A DNA stretch of 64,000 nt from Alistipes sp. (GTDB lineage Bacteria > Bacteroidota > Bacteroidia > Bacteroidales > Rikenellaceae): contig JAZORI010000058.1 of the NCBI GenBank assembly GCA_045656505.1, forward strand, positions 38,173 through 102,172, read 5' to 3'. Below the pieces are notes generated by a model. It ran no database searches. It was not told the origin of the DNA and worked only from the letters and a program-made list of their open reading frames with translations. Shown one piece after another: positions 25,868-35,945 of this stretch (position 1 is its first letter; each line of letters starts with the position of its first letter). A program made the translations under genes and the position numbers.

Positions 25868-28800
25868 TTAGTTTCCGAATTTTACGTGAACAGTAAATGG
25901 CTTGCTACCTGACTTACCACCCTCAGAGCTGTGGTTAGTGTACTGAGTGTAGTTCTCGGCAGTAACCTCAGTTGTACCCTTTGAGTAGGTCATGCTACCA
26001 CCAAGAACCTTGATAGGCTCCTCAGGTGTACCCAAAACAACCTTGTGTGATGTGCTCCAGAAGTAACCCAGCAACATACCAAACCACTTCTCATTGGTGT
26101 AGTCGTAAGTGATGTCGCACTTAACGATACAGCCACGACCCTCACCAGGACAGCTATCGTAGTTACCGTGCTGACCGATAAGACCACCAATCTCAGATGT
26201 GCCGCTTGTGCCAGGGGCGCGGAGGTTGATGAGTGTACAGTAGCTCTCGTTGTACTCGAACTTGTGACCCTTGTCCAACCATCCGATGATACCACCGATA
26301 TTACCATCCTCGATAGAGAGGCTACCATTGATAGTACCTGTGTTCTTACAGTATGTAACATTACCAGAGCCACCTGCAATACCACCAACGCGAGCAATTG
26401 CGAATGTAGTAGCGTTGATTACACCCTTATTCTCGCAACGGGTGATGAGGTTGGTCTGTGATGGGTCTAAGAAACCAGGGTATGCAACAATACCGCCGCA
26501 TGTAGGCTCTGTACCCTTGCAGTAGGTTACGCAGGTAATCTCGCCATTGTTTACACAGTCTGTAATATCTGCACCTGTAGCACCTGTAGCGTCAGATGGA
26601 GCACCACCTGAGATACCACCGACATTGATAGGGTAGTTGTTTGTTGAATATACAGTCTGATTAGATGTAGATACGTTTACATCAACCTTACCATTGTTTA
26701 CAGAAGATGCAATGCTGCTCTGTGTCATACCAACAAGACCACCCATGCGAGGACGGATTGCAGCGCAAGATACAGCCAGATTCTCGATGTGAGTGATGTC
26801 GTAGTCAAGATCACCGTTGTTTACGCACTCAACTACAGGGGCATTTGCACCTACGTGAGCTGCCAAACCACCGATATGGAACGGAAGTTTGTCGGTATTC
26901 TTAATAAGACCAAAGTCAGAGAGTGAAGGGATAGACAAGGTAACCTTACCATTGTTCTCACACTTTGTAAATCCGCCATCGCTGTATGCTGCAAGACCTG
27001 CGATAACACCACCATGAGATGCTGCGGTATTTGTATAGCTTACAGCACCGTAGTTCTTACAATTCTCCATTTTGGCAGTGCTGATACCAACAATACCGGC
27101 TACAGCTACAGTTGCATCGGTTGCGCTTGTCATTGTAAGAGATACAGAGGCCTTGTTTACTACATTAGTAATATAGGTACCTGTAGCCTCACCAGCCAAA
27201 GCAGCTACTGCGCCGGCCTTAGTTGCAGTAAACTTACAGCTCTCGTCAATAGTAAGATCCTTAGCATTGCCGATAGATGCAAACAGAGCGTGATCTGAAG
27301 TGATGTTGCTCAGTGTGCAGTTGTTTCCGACAAGCGTACCGGTAAAGATAGCACCCTCAGGGAGCGTCTTGCCTGCAAAGTCGAGGTTGCTCATAATGCG
27401 AACCTCATCAGTTACGGCTGCAGTGCGCAGACCTGGGTTGCCGAGGATAGCGATAAACTCGTCAACGTTATTTGCAACCATTGGGAAGGCTGCCTTTACA
27501 ACGGTTGTAGCCTCCTTGATGTCAGAGTACTCAGACTGGCTCTTTGTAACCTCCTCAACAGCCTTGAGGCGAACCTGGTAGGTAGTTGCACCCTTAAGGT
27601 TCTCAATCTTGTACTCAAATACATCGCTGCCAAGCTTAACCTCGGTGTACTGTGCAGCGCTACTCTCCTTATACTCAAGAACGTAGCCTGATGCATCCTC
27701 AACCTTATTCCACTTAACAATAATCTCATCTGTATATGCCTCCACTGATGAGATAACAGGCTTTGCAAGTGTAATCTGAGAAACCTCGTATGCAAGAACC
27801 TTTACAATTATGTTATCCAAATACATACGGTGCTGTACAGCGCCTGCAGCAGAGCCATCCTTGCGGATAGGACCGATACCGATACGAGCACCTGGAGCTA
27901 CGTTCTTAATGACGATCTTCTCGGTTGTGAAGCGACGACCAGCCTTAATCTCAAACTCTGCAGCTGGCTTAAGATCATTGTGGGTTGGGGTAATTGCATA
28001 ACCGCCAGCCTTGCCGCCGTGCTTAGTGTTTGTGAGTACATATACAGCAGCAGTTGTAGGGTCAGAGTCGTAACGAGCCTGATCAAACTGTACTTCGATA
28101 GTAGCGACTGACTTGAGGTTTACAAGCTCTGGAGTACACATAAGACCAGTGTAGCTGCTACCACCCAACTTGAGGTGACCGCAACGACCACAGATAATAC
28201 TACCTGCCTCGCCACTGTAACCCCACTGTGCAAGACGGGAGTTCTCAACAGCGTGCTTCATTGTGTTGAACAGGCCAACCTCAGTACCTGCGCCGACCAA
28301 ATACCACTTCCAAGGACCACCATTTACAGGGTTTACACCCTCGGCCTTGTCAAATGCAGTTGCCAGGTTACGGTCGTCTGCAGAGTATGCAGCAGAACCA
28401 CTCAGGTAGTTACCACCCCAAACCAGCTCGCTAAAGTCCTCAGCGATAGCAATACCGCCTGCCTCAACCATTGCAGTAGCACTTGGCTCAACAATTGCAA
28501 AGTCGAGAGTCTTAGCCTTAATAGGAGCTGTAGATGTGTTGCTCTTAAGCTCAGTTACCATAAACCAGTATGAGGTGTTTGAATTCAAACCAGAGAACTC
28601 AAACTGTGGATAACCATCAGCAAGGTCGCCATCCCAGATAGAGTCGCTCTCCTTTGTCTGCCAAGATACAATCAGATCCTTGCAAGTTGCATCTCTGTAG
28701 ATACCGAAGCTGTAGGCTGTTGCGCGATCCTTCGCTGCATCGTCAAAACCTGTTACGCTCCATGTAAATGCGAGGGTTGAAGATGTCGCATAGACCGCCT

Positions 28801-29221
28801 TTGCCTCCAATGCAGCGCTGCCGATTCTGAGCTTTACCACTTCACCCTTAGAGTCCTTCAACTGTACAGTCTCAGAAGGTGTGCCGTCAGGATAGATGGC
28901 ACGTACTGATGCTGTATAGACTCCCACGGGAACGCTCTCGAAGATGTGGCTACAAGCATCCTTGCTGATAGCATCTTTCGAGATAGACAGCTCCTGACCT
29001 GCTGTTACAGGAACGAGCTTAGATGTGAATGTTTTAGCACCGGCCTCGATTGCTGCTCGACCATCGAACATAATCGCGATGCTGTTCTCTGTGCATGCCT
29101 CGTCATTTACGACAAGTGCCTCCGGTGATGGGTAGAGCGGATCGTTGTCGATTGTTTGCTGCTCGCAAGCTACAAAACCGATCCCCATCAGTAGGATTAG
29201 AAGTAATGCAAATTTTTTCAT
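25868..29221 (-). CDS. Large surface lipoprotein with fibronectin-III domains and C-terminal beta-helix repeats
   Basis: Lipobox FVAC; Fn3 (IVKWNKVEDASGYVLEY...YQVRLKAV); repeated xNNGxV/xNxGxI motifs. Confidence 0.78.
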   Translation of the reverse strand: MKKFALLLILLMGIGFVACEQQTIDNDPLYPSPEALVVNDEACTENSIAIMFDGRAAIEAGAKTFTSKLVPVTAGQELSISKDAISKDACSHIFESVPVGVYTASVRAIYPDGTPSETVQLKDSKGEVVKLRIGSAALEAKAVYATSSTLAFTWSVTGFDDAAKDRATAYSFGIYRDATCKDLIVSWQTKESDSIWDGDLADGYPQFEFSGLNSNTSYWFMVTELKSNTSTAPIKAKTLDFAIVEPSATAMVEAGGIAIAEDFSELVWGGNYLSGSAAYSADDRNLATAFDKAEGVNPVNGGPWKWYLVGAGTEVGLFNTMKHAVENSRLAQWGYSGEAGSIICGRCGHLKLGGSSYTGLMCTPELVNLKSVATIEVQFDQARYDSDPTTAAVYVLTNTKHGGKAGGYAITPTHNDLKPAAEFEIKAGRRFTTEKIVIKNVAPGARIGIGPIRKDGSAAGAVQHRMYLDNIIVKVLAYEVSQITLAKPVISSVEAYTDEIIVKWNKVEDASGYVLEYKESSAAQYTEVKLGSDVFEYKIENLKGATTYQVRLKAVEEVTKSQSEYSDIKEATTVVKAAFPMVANNVDEFIAILGNPGLRTAAVTDEVRIMSNLDFAGKTLPEGAIFTGTLVGNNCTLSNITSDHALFASIGNAKDLTIDESCKFTATKAGAVAALAGEATGTYITNVVNKASVSLTMTSATDATVAVAGIVGISTAKMENCKNYGAVSYTNTAASHGGVIAGLAAYSDGGFTKCENNGKVTLSIPSLSDFGLIKNTDKLPFHIGGLAAHVGANAPVVECVNNGDLDYDITHIENLAVSCAAIRPRMGGLVGMTQSSIASSVNNGKVDVNVSTSNQTVYSTNNYPINVGGISGGAPSDATGATGADITDCVNNGEITCVTYCKGTEPTCGGIVAYPGFLDPSQTNLITRCENKGVINATTFAIARVGGIAGGSGNVTYCKNTGTINGSLSIEDGNIGGIIGWLDKGHKFEYNESYCTLINLRAPGTSGTSEIGGLIGQHGNYDSCPGEGRGCIVKCDITYDYTNEKWFGMLLGYFWSTSHKVVLGTPEEPIKVLGGSMTYSKGTTEVTAENYTQYTNHSSEGGKSGSKPFTVHVKFGN

Positions 29222-29395
29222 AGTGTTATTTATTGGTTGGTTTGTTTGCTATGTATTGTGGAAACTTTCCTACAAAAATATGTAAAAAACGTCATTAAAG
29301 CAAATATTCGAGCAATTAATTTTACGGAGTGCGTCTAATGAGGTTATTATGACACATCTTTTGGTCTTTGGTTTTGTCCGCCAATAGCTAATAGC

Positions 29396-29433
29396 AAAAA
29401 AAGTCCGCCCAACAAAAACTTGTTAGGCGGACT
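29396..29433 (-). terminator. Terminator of the GTCCGYCTAAC family (imperfect)
   Basis: AAAAAAAGTCCGCCCAAC-aaaaactt-GTTAGGCGGACT, 22 nt past the kbaZ stop. Confidence 0.7.
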
Positions 29434-29454
29434 CTGGTGTTATTCTGCTATGGA

Positions 29455-30681
29455 TTAGAGCATCTTGTTCAAATCTACGATGTTGAATGCGTAGAAGTAC
29501 TTGTCCATATCGTGCTCAATGCGGTCGAGAACGATATTCTCAGGATCCATACCTACACGCTTGAGGTTCTCGTAGAGTGATGTGCGAGCAACAAGTGCCT
29601 CAGGCTTCTGCCAGATGTAGCGGCAACCTGTCTTAACGAGCCAAGCACGACGCTCAGGGTCGATTTCGTAGAAGTCAACACCCTTCTCAGACTCGAGCAA
29701 CCACTTCTTCCAACGGTTTGACTCATATACAAGGCGAGTGAGTACCTCAGTGATGTTAGAGAGCATAGCTACGCGACCAGCGTTGTAGTACTCAACCTCC
29801 TTAGCCTCAAGCTCCTCAAGAGCCTCGTACTCGCTGATAGTAAACTCTGGGCCTACGTTTGCGCCACCCATACCGCAGAGTGGGTAGTCCTGTGGATTGC
29901 TTACGCCGTCAGTGTAGTGACCCTTGATGTAGCTGCCAAGTGGACGAACCTTTGCAGTGAGCTTCTTTGCAACCTCGCCGTCAAAGAGTGTAGTGTGGAG
30001 GTCGGTACCAACCTTACCTACGATAAAGCAAGGCCATACATCTGCAAGACCTACTGCAGCAAGACCCTCCTTAAGCTCAACGAGGAATGTGTCGAATACG
30101 GTATCATCAGCAAGACCGCCGTGAACCTCCTCAGTACCAACCTCGTAAGAGATCTCAGGGTAGTTGTTTGCGCGACGGAACTTCTCGCAGTGCTCGATAA
30201 GCTCAACAGTACGACGAACAACGAGGTGAATATCGATAACCTCACCCTTAGGAACGTTGATATCTACAGTTGGGTCAACGTGAATCAAGTCGAAACCTGC
30301 AGCGATAGCAGCCTCGAAAGACTCCTTAACGGCATTCATTGCGCGCTCAGTCTCCCAACGCTCTGTGTTCTGCTTATCCTTGAGCCATGGACCACCGTGG
30401 TCAACAGCGATGATGCAGTCACCTGTAAAGTTGATAGCCTCGCACTCCATGCGGCACACCTTTACAAAGTCTGCAGGGGTCATGCCGGTGTAGCCACCGT
30501 CGGTATCAATCTGGTTAAGTGTTGCAGCGAAGTAGATAGGTGCGTTGTTACGCTTTGCTGAGCGGATAGATGCACGAATTACTGCTGAAGAGTTTGGGCA
30601 GGCTGCAAAAATGGTGCGCTTAACACCGGTCTGCTCCTCAAGCTCTGCCATGCGCTTTAAGAGTCTTTCAGTTTTAGCCAT
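29455..30681 (-). CDS. kbaZ: KbaZ/GatZ family (tagatose-6-phosphate 4-epimerase / aldolase partner)
   Basis: AATLNQID.DGGYTG, DHGGP, IHVDPT, YEVGTEE, GGANVGPEFT; start moved to ATG at 30681 (MAKTERLL). Confidence 0.8.
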   Translation of the reverse strand: MAKTERLLKRMAELEEQTGVKRTIFAACPNSSAVIRASIRSAKRNNAPIYFAATLNQIDTDGGYTGMTPADFVKVCRMECEAINFTGDCIIAVDHGGPWLKDKQNTERWETERAMNAVKESFEAAIAAGFDLIHVDPTVDINVPKGEVIDIHLVVRRTVELIEHCEKFRRANNYPEISYEVGTEEVHGGLADDTVFDTFLVELKEGLAAVGLADVWPCFIVGKVGTDLHTTLFDGEVAKKLTAKVRPLGSYIKGHYTDGVSNPQDYPLCGMGGANVGPEFTISEYEALEELEAKEVEYYNAGRVAMLSNITEVLTRLVYESNRWKKWLLESEKGVDFYEIDPERRAWLVKTGCRYIWQKPEALVARTSLYENLKRVGMDPENIVLDRIEHDMDKYFYAFNIVDLNKML

Positions 30682-30775
30682 TGTTAAAAATTTATAAGGT
30701 TTAACTTCGATTCTGTGTAGTAAAATTATGAACAGGGGTGATATTCTACATCGGTCATCACCTCCTTCACCGCTA

Positions 30776-30833
30776 CAAAGGTATGGAAATTTTTGGTGAA
30801 TTTGCACGATTTATGAAAAAATTACTATCTTTG
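30776..30833. promoter_or_regulatory. Divergent Bacteroidota promoter pair
   Basis: Minus-strand -7 box CAAAGGTA (30776-30783); plus-strand TTTG(30801)-21 nt-TATCTTTG(30826-30833). Confidence 0.6.
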
Positions 30834-30904
30834 CAAAGTATATTGCACATAAAGTTGTTGGTTTGTACTGTCAAACCGCATGCTGACAACGAAAGAAATA
30901 TTTT

Positions 30905-32080
30905 ATGATGGAAGAAAATACTCAATCATTTTTTGATGACATTCGTGCCTATCGAGATGAGGAGATTCCGGCGGTTGTGGAGAAGATTGCTTCCGACCCG
31001 CTGCTTATCCCCGCGGCGCAGTTTGTCTTTCCAAATTTGGACATTGAGCAGGTGCGAGGCATTATCAGCGCTTGTCGCACTGCTGATGATATTCAGCGTA
31101 AGATTATGTACCCTGCCATTGGCGGTATTATCCACCGTACAATGCGTAGCTTCACAACATCGGGTTGTGAGTATCTGAGTGATAAGAATAGCTGGCTCTA
31201 TATCTCAAATCACCGCGATATTACACTCGATGCGATGCTTATGCAGTACGCTCTTTTTGAGAATAATCTGCCTACGACAGATATCTCGTTGGGTGATAAT
31301 CTGTTGCGCACACCGCTTGTCTTTGAGATCTGCAAGGCGAACTATATGATTAAGGTTATCCGCAAGGATGATGTTACTATGCGTGAGTTCCTTGAGAACT
31401 CGAAGCATCTGTCAGAGTACATTCGTTACAGAATCAACGAGGCGCACCGTTCTGTTTGGATTGCGCAGCGTAATGGACGTACAAAGGACGGTATAGATAT
31501 TACCGAGCCGGGCATTATCAAGATGTTCAGCCTCAGTGGCTCGGCAGATGTTGTCGAAAACTTTGGTCAGCTCCATATCGCACCGGTTGCAATCAGCTAC
31601 CAGTATGAGCCGTGCGACGTCTTTAAGGCTGTAGAGCTCTGTCGTCGCCAGAATGGTGCGGCATACCAGAAGGCTGAGAATGAGGACTTCCTCAGCATCC
31701 TTACAGGTATCAAGGCGTGGAAGGGTGATACCCATATGACCTACTGTGAGCCAATCTCTACAGAGGAGTTGGAGGTTGTTGCGCAGTTGCCACGTGCTGA
31801 GCAGTGCAAGGCTTTGGCGGAGATTATTGACAAGAGAATCATCACCGGCTATAAGCTCTACGATACAAATTATATCGCGTACGATATTAAGAACGGAACA
31901 CGCCGTTTTGCTAAATACTACACATCCGAGGCTGAGCAGCAGTTTGCCCTCCACCTTGTTCGTTCGAATGCACAGTTTGAGGTTATGGGTGTGGATAAGG
32001 ATGCTGCACGCGATATTCTGCTCGGTATATATGCAAATCCGGTTGAGGCAAAGCTTAACTTGGGTATAAATTTGGAGTAA
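30905..32080 (+). CDS. Glycerolipid acyltransferase (PlsC/GPAT-like)
   Basis: SNHRDITLD (HxxxxD); WIAQRNGRTKDG. Confidence 0.82.
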   Translation: MMEENTQSFFDDIRAYRDEEIPAVVEKIASDPLLIPAAQFVFPNLDIEQVRGIISACRTADDIQRKIMYPAIGGIIHRTMRSFTTSGCEYLSDKNSWLYISNHRDITLDAMLMQYALFENNLPTTDISLGDNLLRTPLVFEICKANYMIKVIRKDDVTMREFLENSKHLSEYIRYRINEAHRSVWIAQRNGRTKDGIDITEPGIIKMFSLSGSADVVENFGQLHIAPVAISYQYEPCDVFKAVELCRRQNGAAYQKAENEDFLSILTGIKAWKGDTHMTYCEPISTEELEVVAQLPRAEQCKALAEIIDKRIITGYKLYDTNYIAYDIKNGTRRFAKYYTSEAEQQFALHLVRSNAQFEVMGVDKDAARDILLGIYANPVEAKLNLGINLE

Positions 32081-32081
32081 T

Positions 32082-32510
32082 ATGAAAAAGATTTGGATTG
32101 TAACTCTGTTGGTGCTCCTCGCAGTAGGCGTTGGAGCCTTCTACTTCCGTTTCTACTTCGTCTTTGGCGAGGGTGTGAAGAGTGGCGAACTTAACTACGT
32201 AGTCAAGAAGGGTATTATCTTCAAGACCTATGAGGGTAAGCTTATTCAGTCGGGCATACGCTCGAAGGCAGCAGGGTCTATTCAGTCCTATGAGTTTGAG
32301 TTCTCGGTTGAGAATCAGCGCATTGCCGAGCGTCTGATGCTTGAGGGCGGAAAGGTTGTCGAGTTGCGCTATAAGGAGTACTTCGGCGCTCTGCCTTGGC
32401 GAGGATTTACTCGTTTTATTGTCGATAGCATTATCACTCACGATGCTCCTGCACTCCCTGAAGGCTCTCTTCTCCCTGAGACAGGCGAAAGACTACAGTT
32501 GGTAGAGTAG
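32082..32510 (+). CDS. Hypothetical membrane-anchored protein
   Basis: N-terminal TM helix; KKGIIFKTYEG; 1 nt after the upstream stop. Confidence 0.7.
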   Translation: MKKIWIVTLLVLLAVGVGAFYFRFYFVFGEGVKSGELNYVVKKGIIFKTYEGKLIQSGIRSKAAGSIQSYEFEFSVENQRIAERLMLEGGKVVELRYKEYFGALPWRGFTRFIVDSIITHDAPALPEGSLLPETGERLQLVE

Positions 32511-32542
32511 AGGCCAATTGCCAACAGCTAATAGCCAAAAGC

Positions 32543-32577
32543 AAACCAAGTCCGACTAAACTAGTCGGACTTGGTTT
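32543..32577. terminator. Bidirectional terminator of the GTCCG family
   Basis: AAACCAAGTCCGACTA-aac-TAGTCGGACTTGGTTT between convergent genes. Confidence 0.8.
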
Positions 32578-33071
32578 TAGTATAGCTCTATGTACTCAAA
32601 ACTATTCCCCACTGCTGTAAGATATTTAGAAAACATCTCTTGCGAGATTACTACCGTGGCACGATTATCGTTCGGATGGAAACTCAGTGACGGATAGTCC
32701 AGTAGGTTCTTGTCTAAGAATAGGTGTACGTGGTTCTCGGTGTCATTAATAAGCCCGAATGGCGAGACGGAGCCCGGTTTGAGCCCCAAATATCGCTCCA
32801 TGCGCTGCTCAGAGGCGAAGGAGAGCTTGCCCTGCTTTAGTCGCTGCTCTAGGTCATGAATTGCAAGCGACTGCTCGCTGTCAAAGACAACGAGATAGTG
32901 GCGGTTTCCCTTGTGGTTGCGAAAAAAGAGGTTCTTGCAGTGCTTAGAGCCGTCTTTGTGCCAATATTGGCGTGCAATTTCGATTGTTGGCGCCTCGGGG
33001 TGTCTGTAAAAAGAGTATTCGATCTCCTGCTGTTGCAGAAAATCGAATACAATCTCTTCTCTATTGCACAT
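32577..33071 (-). CDS. YbaK/ProX-family aminoacyl-tRNA editing deacylase
   Basis: HCKNLF, KLSFAS, PGSVSPFGLIND, FHPNDN. Confidence 0.88.
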   Translation of the reverse strand: MCNREEIVFDFLQQQEIEYSFYRHPEAPTIEIARQYWHKDGSKHCKNLFFRNHKGNRHYLVVFDSEQSLAIHDLEQRLKQGKLSFASEQRMERYLGLKPGSVSPFGLINDTENHVHLFLDKNLLDYPSLSFHPNDNRATVVISQEMFSKYLTAVGNSFEYIELY

Positions 33072-33072
33072 A

Positions 33073-33741
33073 CTACTTAGAGATAGCAGCGCGGAGCTGT
33101 GGAATAGACTCGTCGAGTCTCATGCCCTTGCGGTAAACACCGGCAGTACCACCTACGAATACATTTGCACCCATGCCGGCCATAAGCTCAGCACGCTCGC
33201 AAGATACAGAGCCGTCAACGCTGATAAGTACCTTCTCGTAGCCGTTGCTGTCAAGCCACTGACGCATCTGACCAACCTTGTCAAGAATGCCGTCAACGAG
33301 CTTTGCGCCAGAGAAACCTGGGTGAACAAGCATGAGGGTAACCATGTCGGTATAAGCCATGTGTGGAGCTACAGCCTCAACAGGGGTGTCAGGGTTGATA
33401 ACAACACCAAACAGAGCACCCTTAGAGTGGATGTCAGCAGCAAACTTGCTCAAATCCTTGTCGAGCTCAACGTGTGTAGAGACGATGTCACCGGCGTGAA
33501 CATCAATCTTTGAGCAGATAAACTCAGGCTCCTCGCACATCAGGTGGATATCAAGTGGCAGATTTGTCACCTTGTGCATTGCGTTAGGGAAGTCTGGGCC
33601 AAATGTCATATTTGGCACGAAGTGGCCATCCATAACATCGATATGCAACCAGTCGATACCGTTGCTCTCGAGTGTTTTGATGTCGCGCTCAAGATTCATA
33701 AGATCAGAGCACATTACCGATACAGAGATTTTGTTAGCCAT
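33073..33741 (-). CDS. Ribulose-phosphate 3-epimerase family, AlsE (allulose-6-P 3-epimerase)-like
   Basis: HIDVMDGHFVPN, DIHLM, VDGS; N-terminal SVMCSD rather than the usual Rpe SILSAD. Confidence 0.75.
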   Translation of the reverse strand: MANKISVSVMCSDLMNLERDIKTLESNGIDWLHIDVMDGHFVPNMTFGPDFPNAMHKVTNLPLDIHLMCEEPEFICSKIDVHAGDIVSTHVELDKDLSKFAADIHSKGALFGVVINPDTPVEAVAPHMAYTDMVTLMLVHPGFSGAKLVDGILDKVGQMRQWLDSNGYEKVLISVDGSVSCERAELMAGMGANVFVGGTAGVYRKGMRLDESIPQLRAAISK

Positions 33742-33891
33742 AATCTATATTTTAAGTTGTGTAATTTCTACTTGCGTACAAAGATAATGTTTTTTTGAAA
33801 ATAAATTGCGTATTTGAAGGAAAATTTATAATTTTGTTAAAAGAAACTGTTTGTATATTCGTTCAGGCTAATTATTAAACTTCAAAATATT

Positions 33892-34692
33892 ATGAAAAAG
33901 ATTGTTACAGTTTTAGTGGCGGCTATGATCTCTGTTGCAGCATTTGCACAGCCGCAGGTTATTGCTCACCGTGGTTATCACGCAATCAAGGGCTCTTGTC
34001 GTAACTCGATAGAGGCTCTTAAGCAGGCTCAGAAGATGGGTCTTTATGGCTCGGAGTGTGATATCAACCTGACAAAGGATGGCGTTATTGTAGTTGCTCA
34101 TGGTGGTTTGCACCCTGATAAGATCTATCGTAAGGGTGAGGATATCACTCGTCTGACTATTCAGAAGAGCACTTATGAGGAGCTTAAGGCTATTCCGCTT
34201 GAGAATGGTGAGCTTCTTCCAACTTTGGAGCAGTATCTAGAGCAGCTCAAGAAGAGCGATAAGACAAAGCTTATTATCGAGGTTAAGAACCACGCAACTC
34301 CGGCAAAGGAGACTGAGATTGTGCAGAAGACCGTTGATATGGTTGCTCAGTATGGTCTGAACGATATGGTAGAGTATATCGCTTTCCGCCCTTGGGTATG
34401 CTTTGAGCTTAAGCGTTTGGCTCCAGCGGGCACTCCTATCGCATATCTGAATGGTGACTATGACCCTGCTTATGTGAAGGGTATGGATATCGCGGGTATT
34501 GACTACAAGTACGATGTGCTCAAGAAGAAGCCAAAGTGGATTAAGTCTTGCCAGAAGCGCGGTCTGAAGGTAAATGTATGGACTGTTGATGATGAGGATA
34601 AGCTGCGTTGGGTTATTGAGCAGGGTGTAGATTATATCACAACCGACAATCCGGTGCTTGCGACCAAGTTAATCAAGGAGATGTGTAAATAA
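33892..34692 (+). CDS. Exported glycerophosphodiester phosphodiesterase (GDPD)
   Basis: IAHRG, SECD, EVKN, NVWTVD, ITTDNP; signal peptide ...AFA|QP. Confidence 0.9.
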   Translation: MKKIVTVLVAAMISVAAFAQPQVIAHRGYHAIKGSCRNSIEALKQAQKMGLYGSECDINLTKDGVIVVAHGGLHPDKIYRKGEDITRLTIQKSTYEELKAIPLENGELLPTLEQYLEQLKKSDKTKLIIEVKNHATPAKETEIVQKTVDMVAQYGLNDMVEYIAFRPWVCFELKRLAPAGTPIAYLNGDYDPAYVKGMDIAGIDYKYDVLKKKPKWIKSCQKRGLKVNVWTVDDEDKLRWVIEQGVDYITTDNPVLATKLIKEMCK

Positions 34693-35945
34693 TGGAATTT
34701 AAGTATGGCGTGAATAGTCGTCCCTCTCTTGGGGCGACTATTCTCTACGGAATACAGTGGCTGATGATCTGCATCCCTGTAGTGCTGACAAGTACCTTTG
34801 TCGCACCGGAGGGGCAGATGCTCTTTTTTACCCAAAAGCTATTTGCTGTAATGGGTATAACGATGATTGTCAACTCTCTGTGGGGTCATCGTCTTCCGCT
34901 TGTTGCGGGTCCGGCATCGGTGCTGCTGATGGGTATTTTGGCCGCCTCGCAGCAGGGTAGTGGCGTGGGTGCTATATACCCCTCTATCGCCTTGGGTGGC
35001 GTGCTGATGGTTGTTATTGCAGCTACGGGTCTTATGAGTAAGGTGCAGCGCATATTCACCCCTCGCATCGTGGCGGTTATAGTTCTGCTCATACCATTTA
35101 CGCTCATTAAGCCAATCGTTGGCATGATATTCAGCAATGAGGAGCATCAGATGTTGGCGCATATCTTCTCACTTGTGATGGTGATTGGCATGGCGGTGGC
35201 AAATAATCTGCTCAAGGGTGTCTGGAAGTCTATGGTGGTGGTTGTGGCGATGATTATCGGCTCTGTGGCATACTACGCATTGACCCAATTCCCGTCGCAG
35301 TTTGTCTCGGATACTATTGCTCCAAACCTATTTATTAAAGAGGTGGAGATTGACGCGGGTGTGGTTATTTCGTTCATCTTCTGCTACATAGCACTGTTTA
35401 TTAACCAGATAGGCTCTGTGCAGTCGCTCGCGCAGATGGTTGACGCTGACAATATCCCCACTCGTCAAAAGAGGGGAATGATAGTGCAGGGTCTGCTCAA
35501 TGTCGTTGGTGGAGCAATGGGTGTTGTAGGTCCGGTGGACTACTCGCTCTCCCCAGGTGTGGTGGCATCAACCTCTTGCGCCTCTCGCTTTACAATTATT
35601 CCGGCAGCGGTGGCGATGGTTGTGCTGGCGTTTATTCCTGACGCAGTCTCTGTGCTGCTGACCATACCTAAACCTATAATGGGTGTTGTGCTGCTCTTCC
35701 TTATGACTACGCAGGTGGCAGCAGGTCTGCATATGATTGAGGGCTCTAAGGCTGTGACCTCTTTCAGAGATGGAATGATTCTCTCAGTGCCAATTTTGTT
35801 TGCTATTTTGCTCTCTTTTGCACCACAGTCGGCAATGCAGACTATTCCGACACTGCTCCGACCTATCGTGGGCAATGGTTTTGTGATGGGCATTATCATC
35901 ATACTACTTCTTGAACATATATTCCTAAAGGATAAAAAGCAATGA
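34692..35945 (+). CDS. NCS2 (xanthine/uracil/ascorbate) family permease
   Basis: Many TM segments; GHRLPLVAGP; motif-like region SLSPGVVASTSCASR; TAATG coupling to GDPD. Confidence 0.78.
   Translation: MEFKYGVNSRPSLGATILYGIQWLMICIPVVLTSTFVAPEGQMLFFTQKLFAVMGITMIVNSLWGHRLPLVAGPASVLLMGILAASQQGSGVGAIYPSIALGGVLMVVIAATGLMSKVQRIFTPRIVAVIVLLIPFTLIKPIVGMIFSNEEHQMLAHIFSLVMVIGMAVANNLLKGVWKSMVVVVAMIIGSVAYYALTQFPSQFVSDTIAPNLFIKEVEIDAGVVISFIFCYIALFINQIGSVQSLAQMVDADNIPTRQKRGMIVQGLLNVVGGAMGVVGPVDYSLSPGVVASTSCASRFTIIPAAVAMVVLAFIPDAVSVLLTIPKPIMGVVLLFLMTTQVAAGLHMIEGSKAVTSFRDGMILSVPILFAILLSFAPQSAMQTIPTLLRPIVGNGFVMGIIIILLLEHIFLKDKKQ

Noticed and set aside
12332-29221. Diversity-generating retroelement acting on surface proteins
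   Set aside because: No reverse transcriptase and no TR/VR pair differing only at adenines; the internal repeats are ordinary LRR and SLH units.
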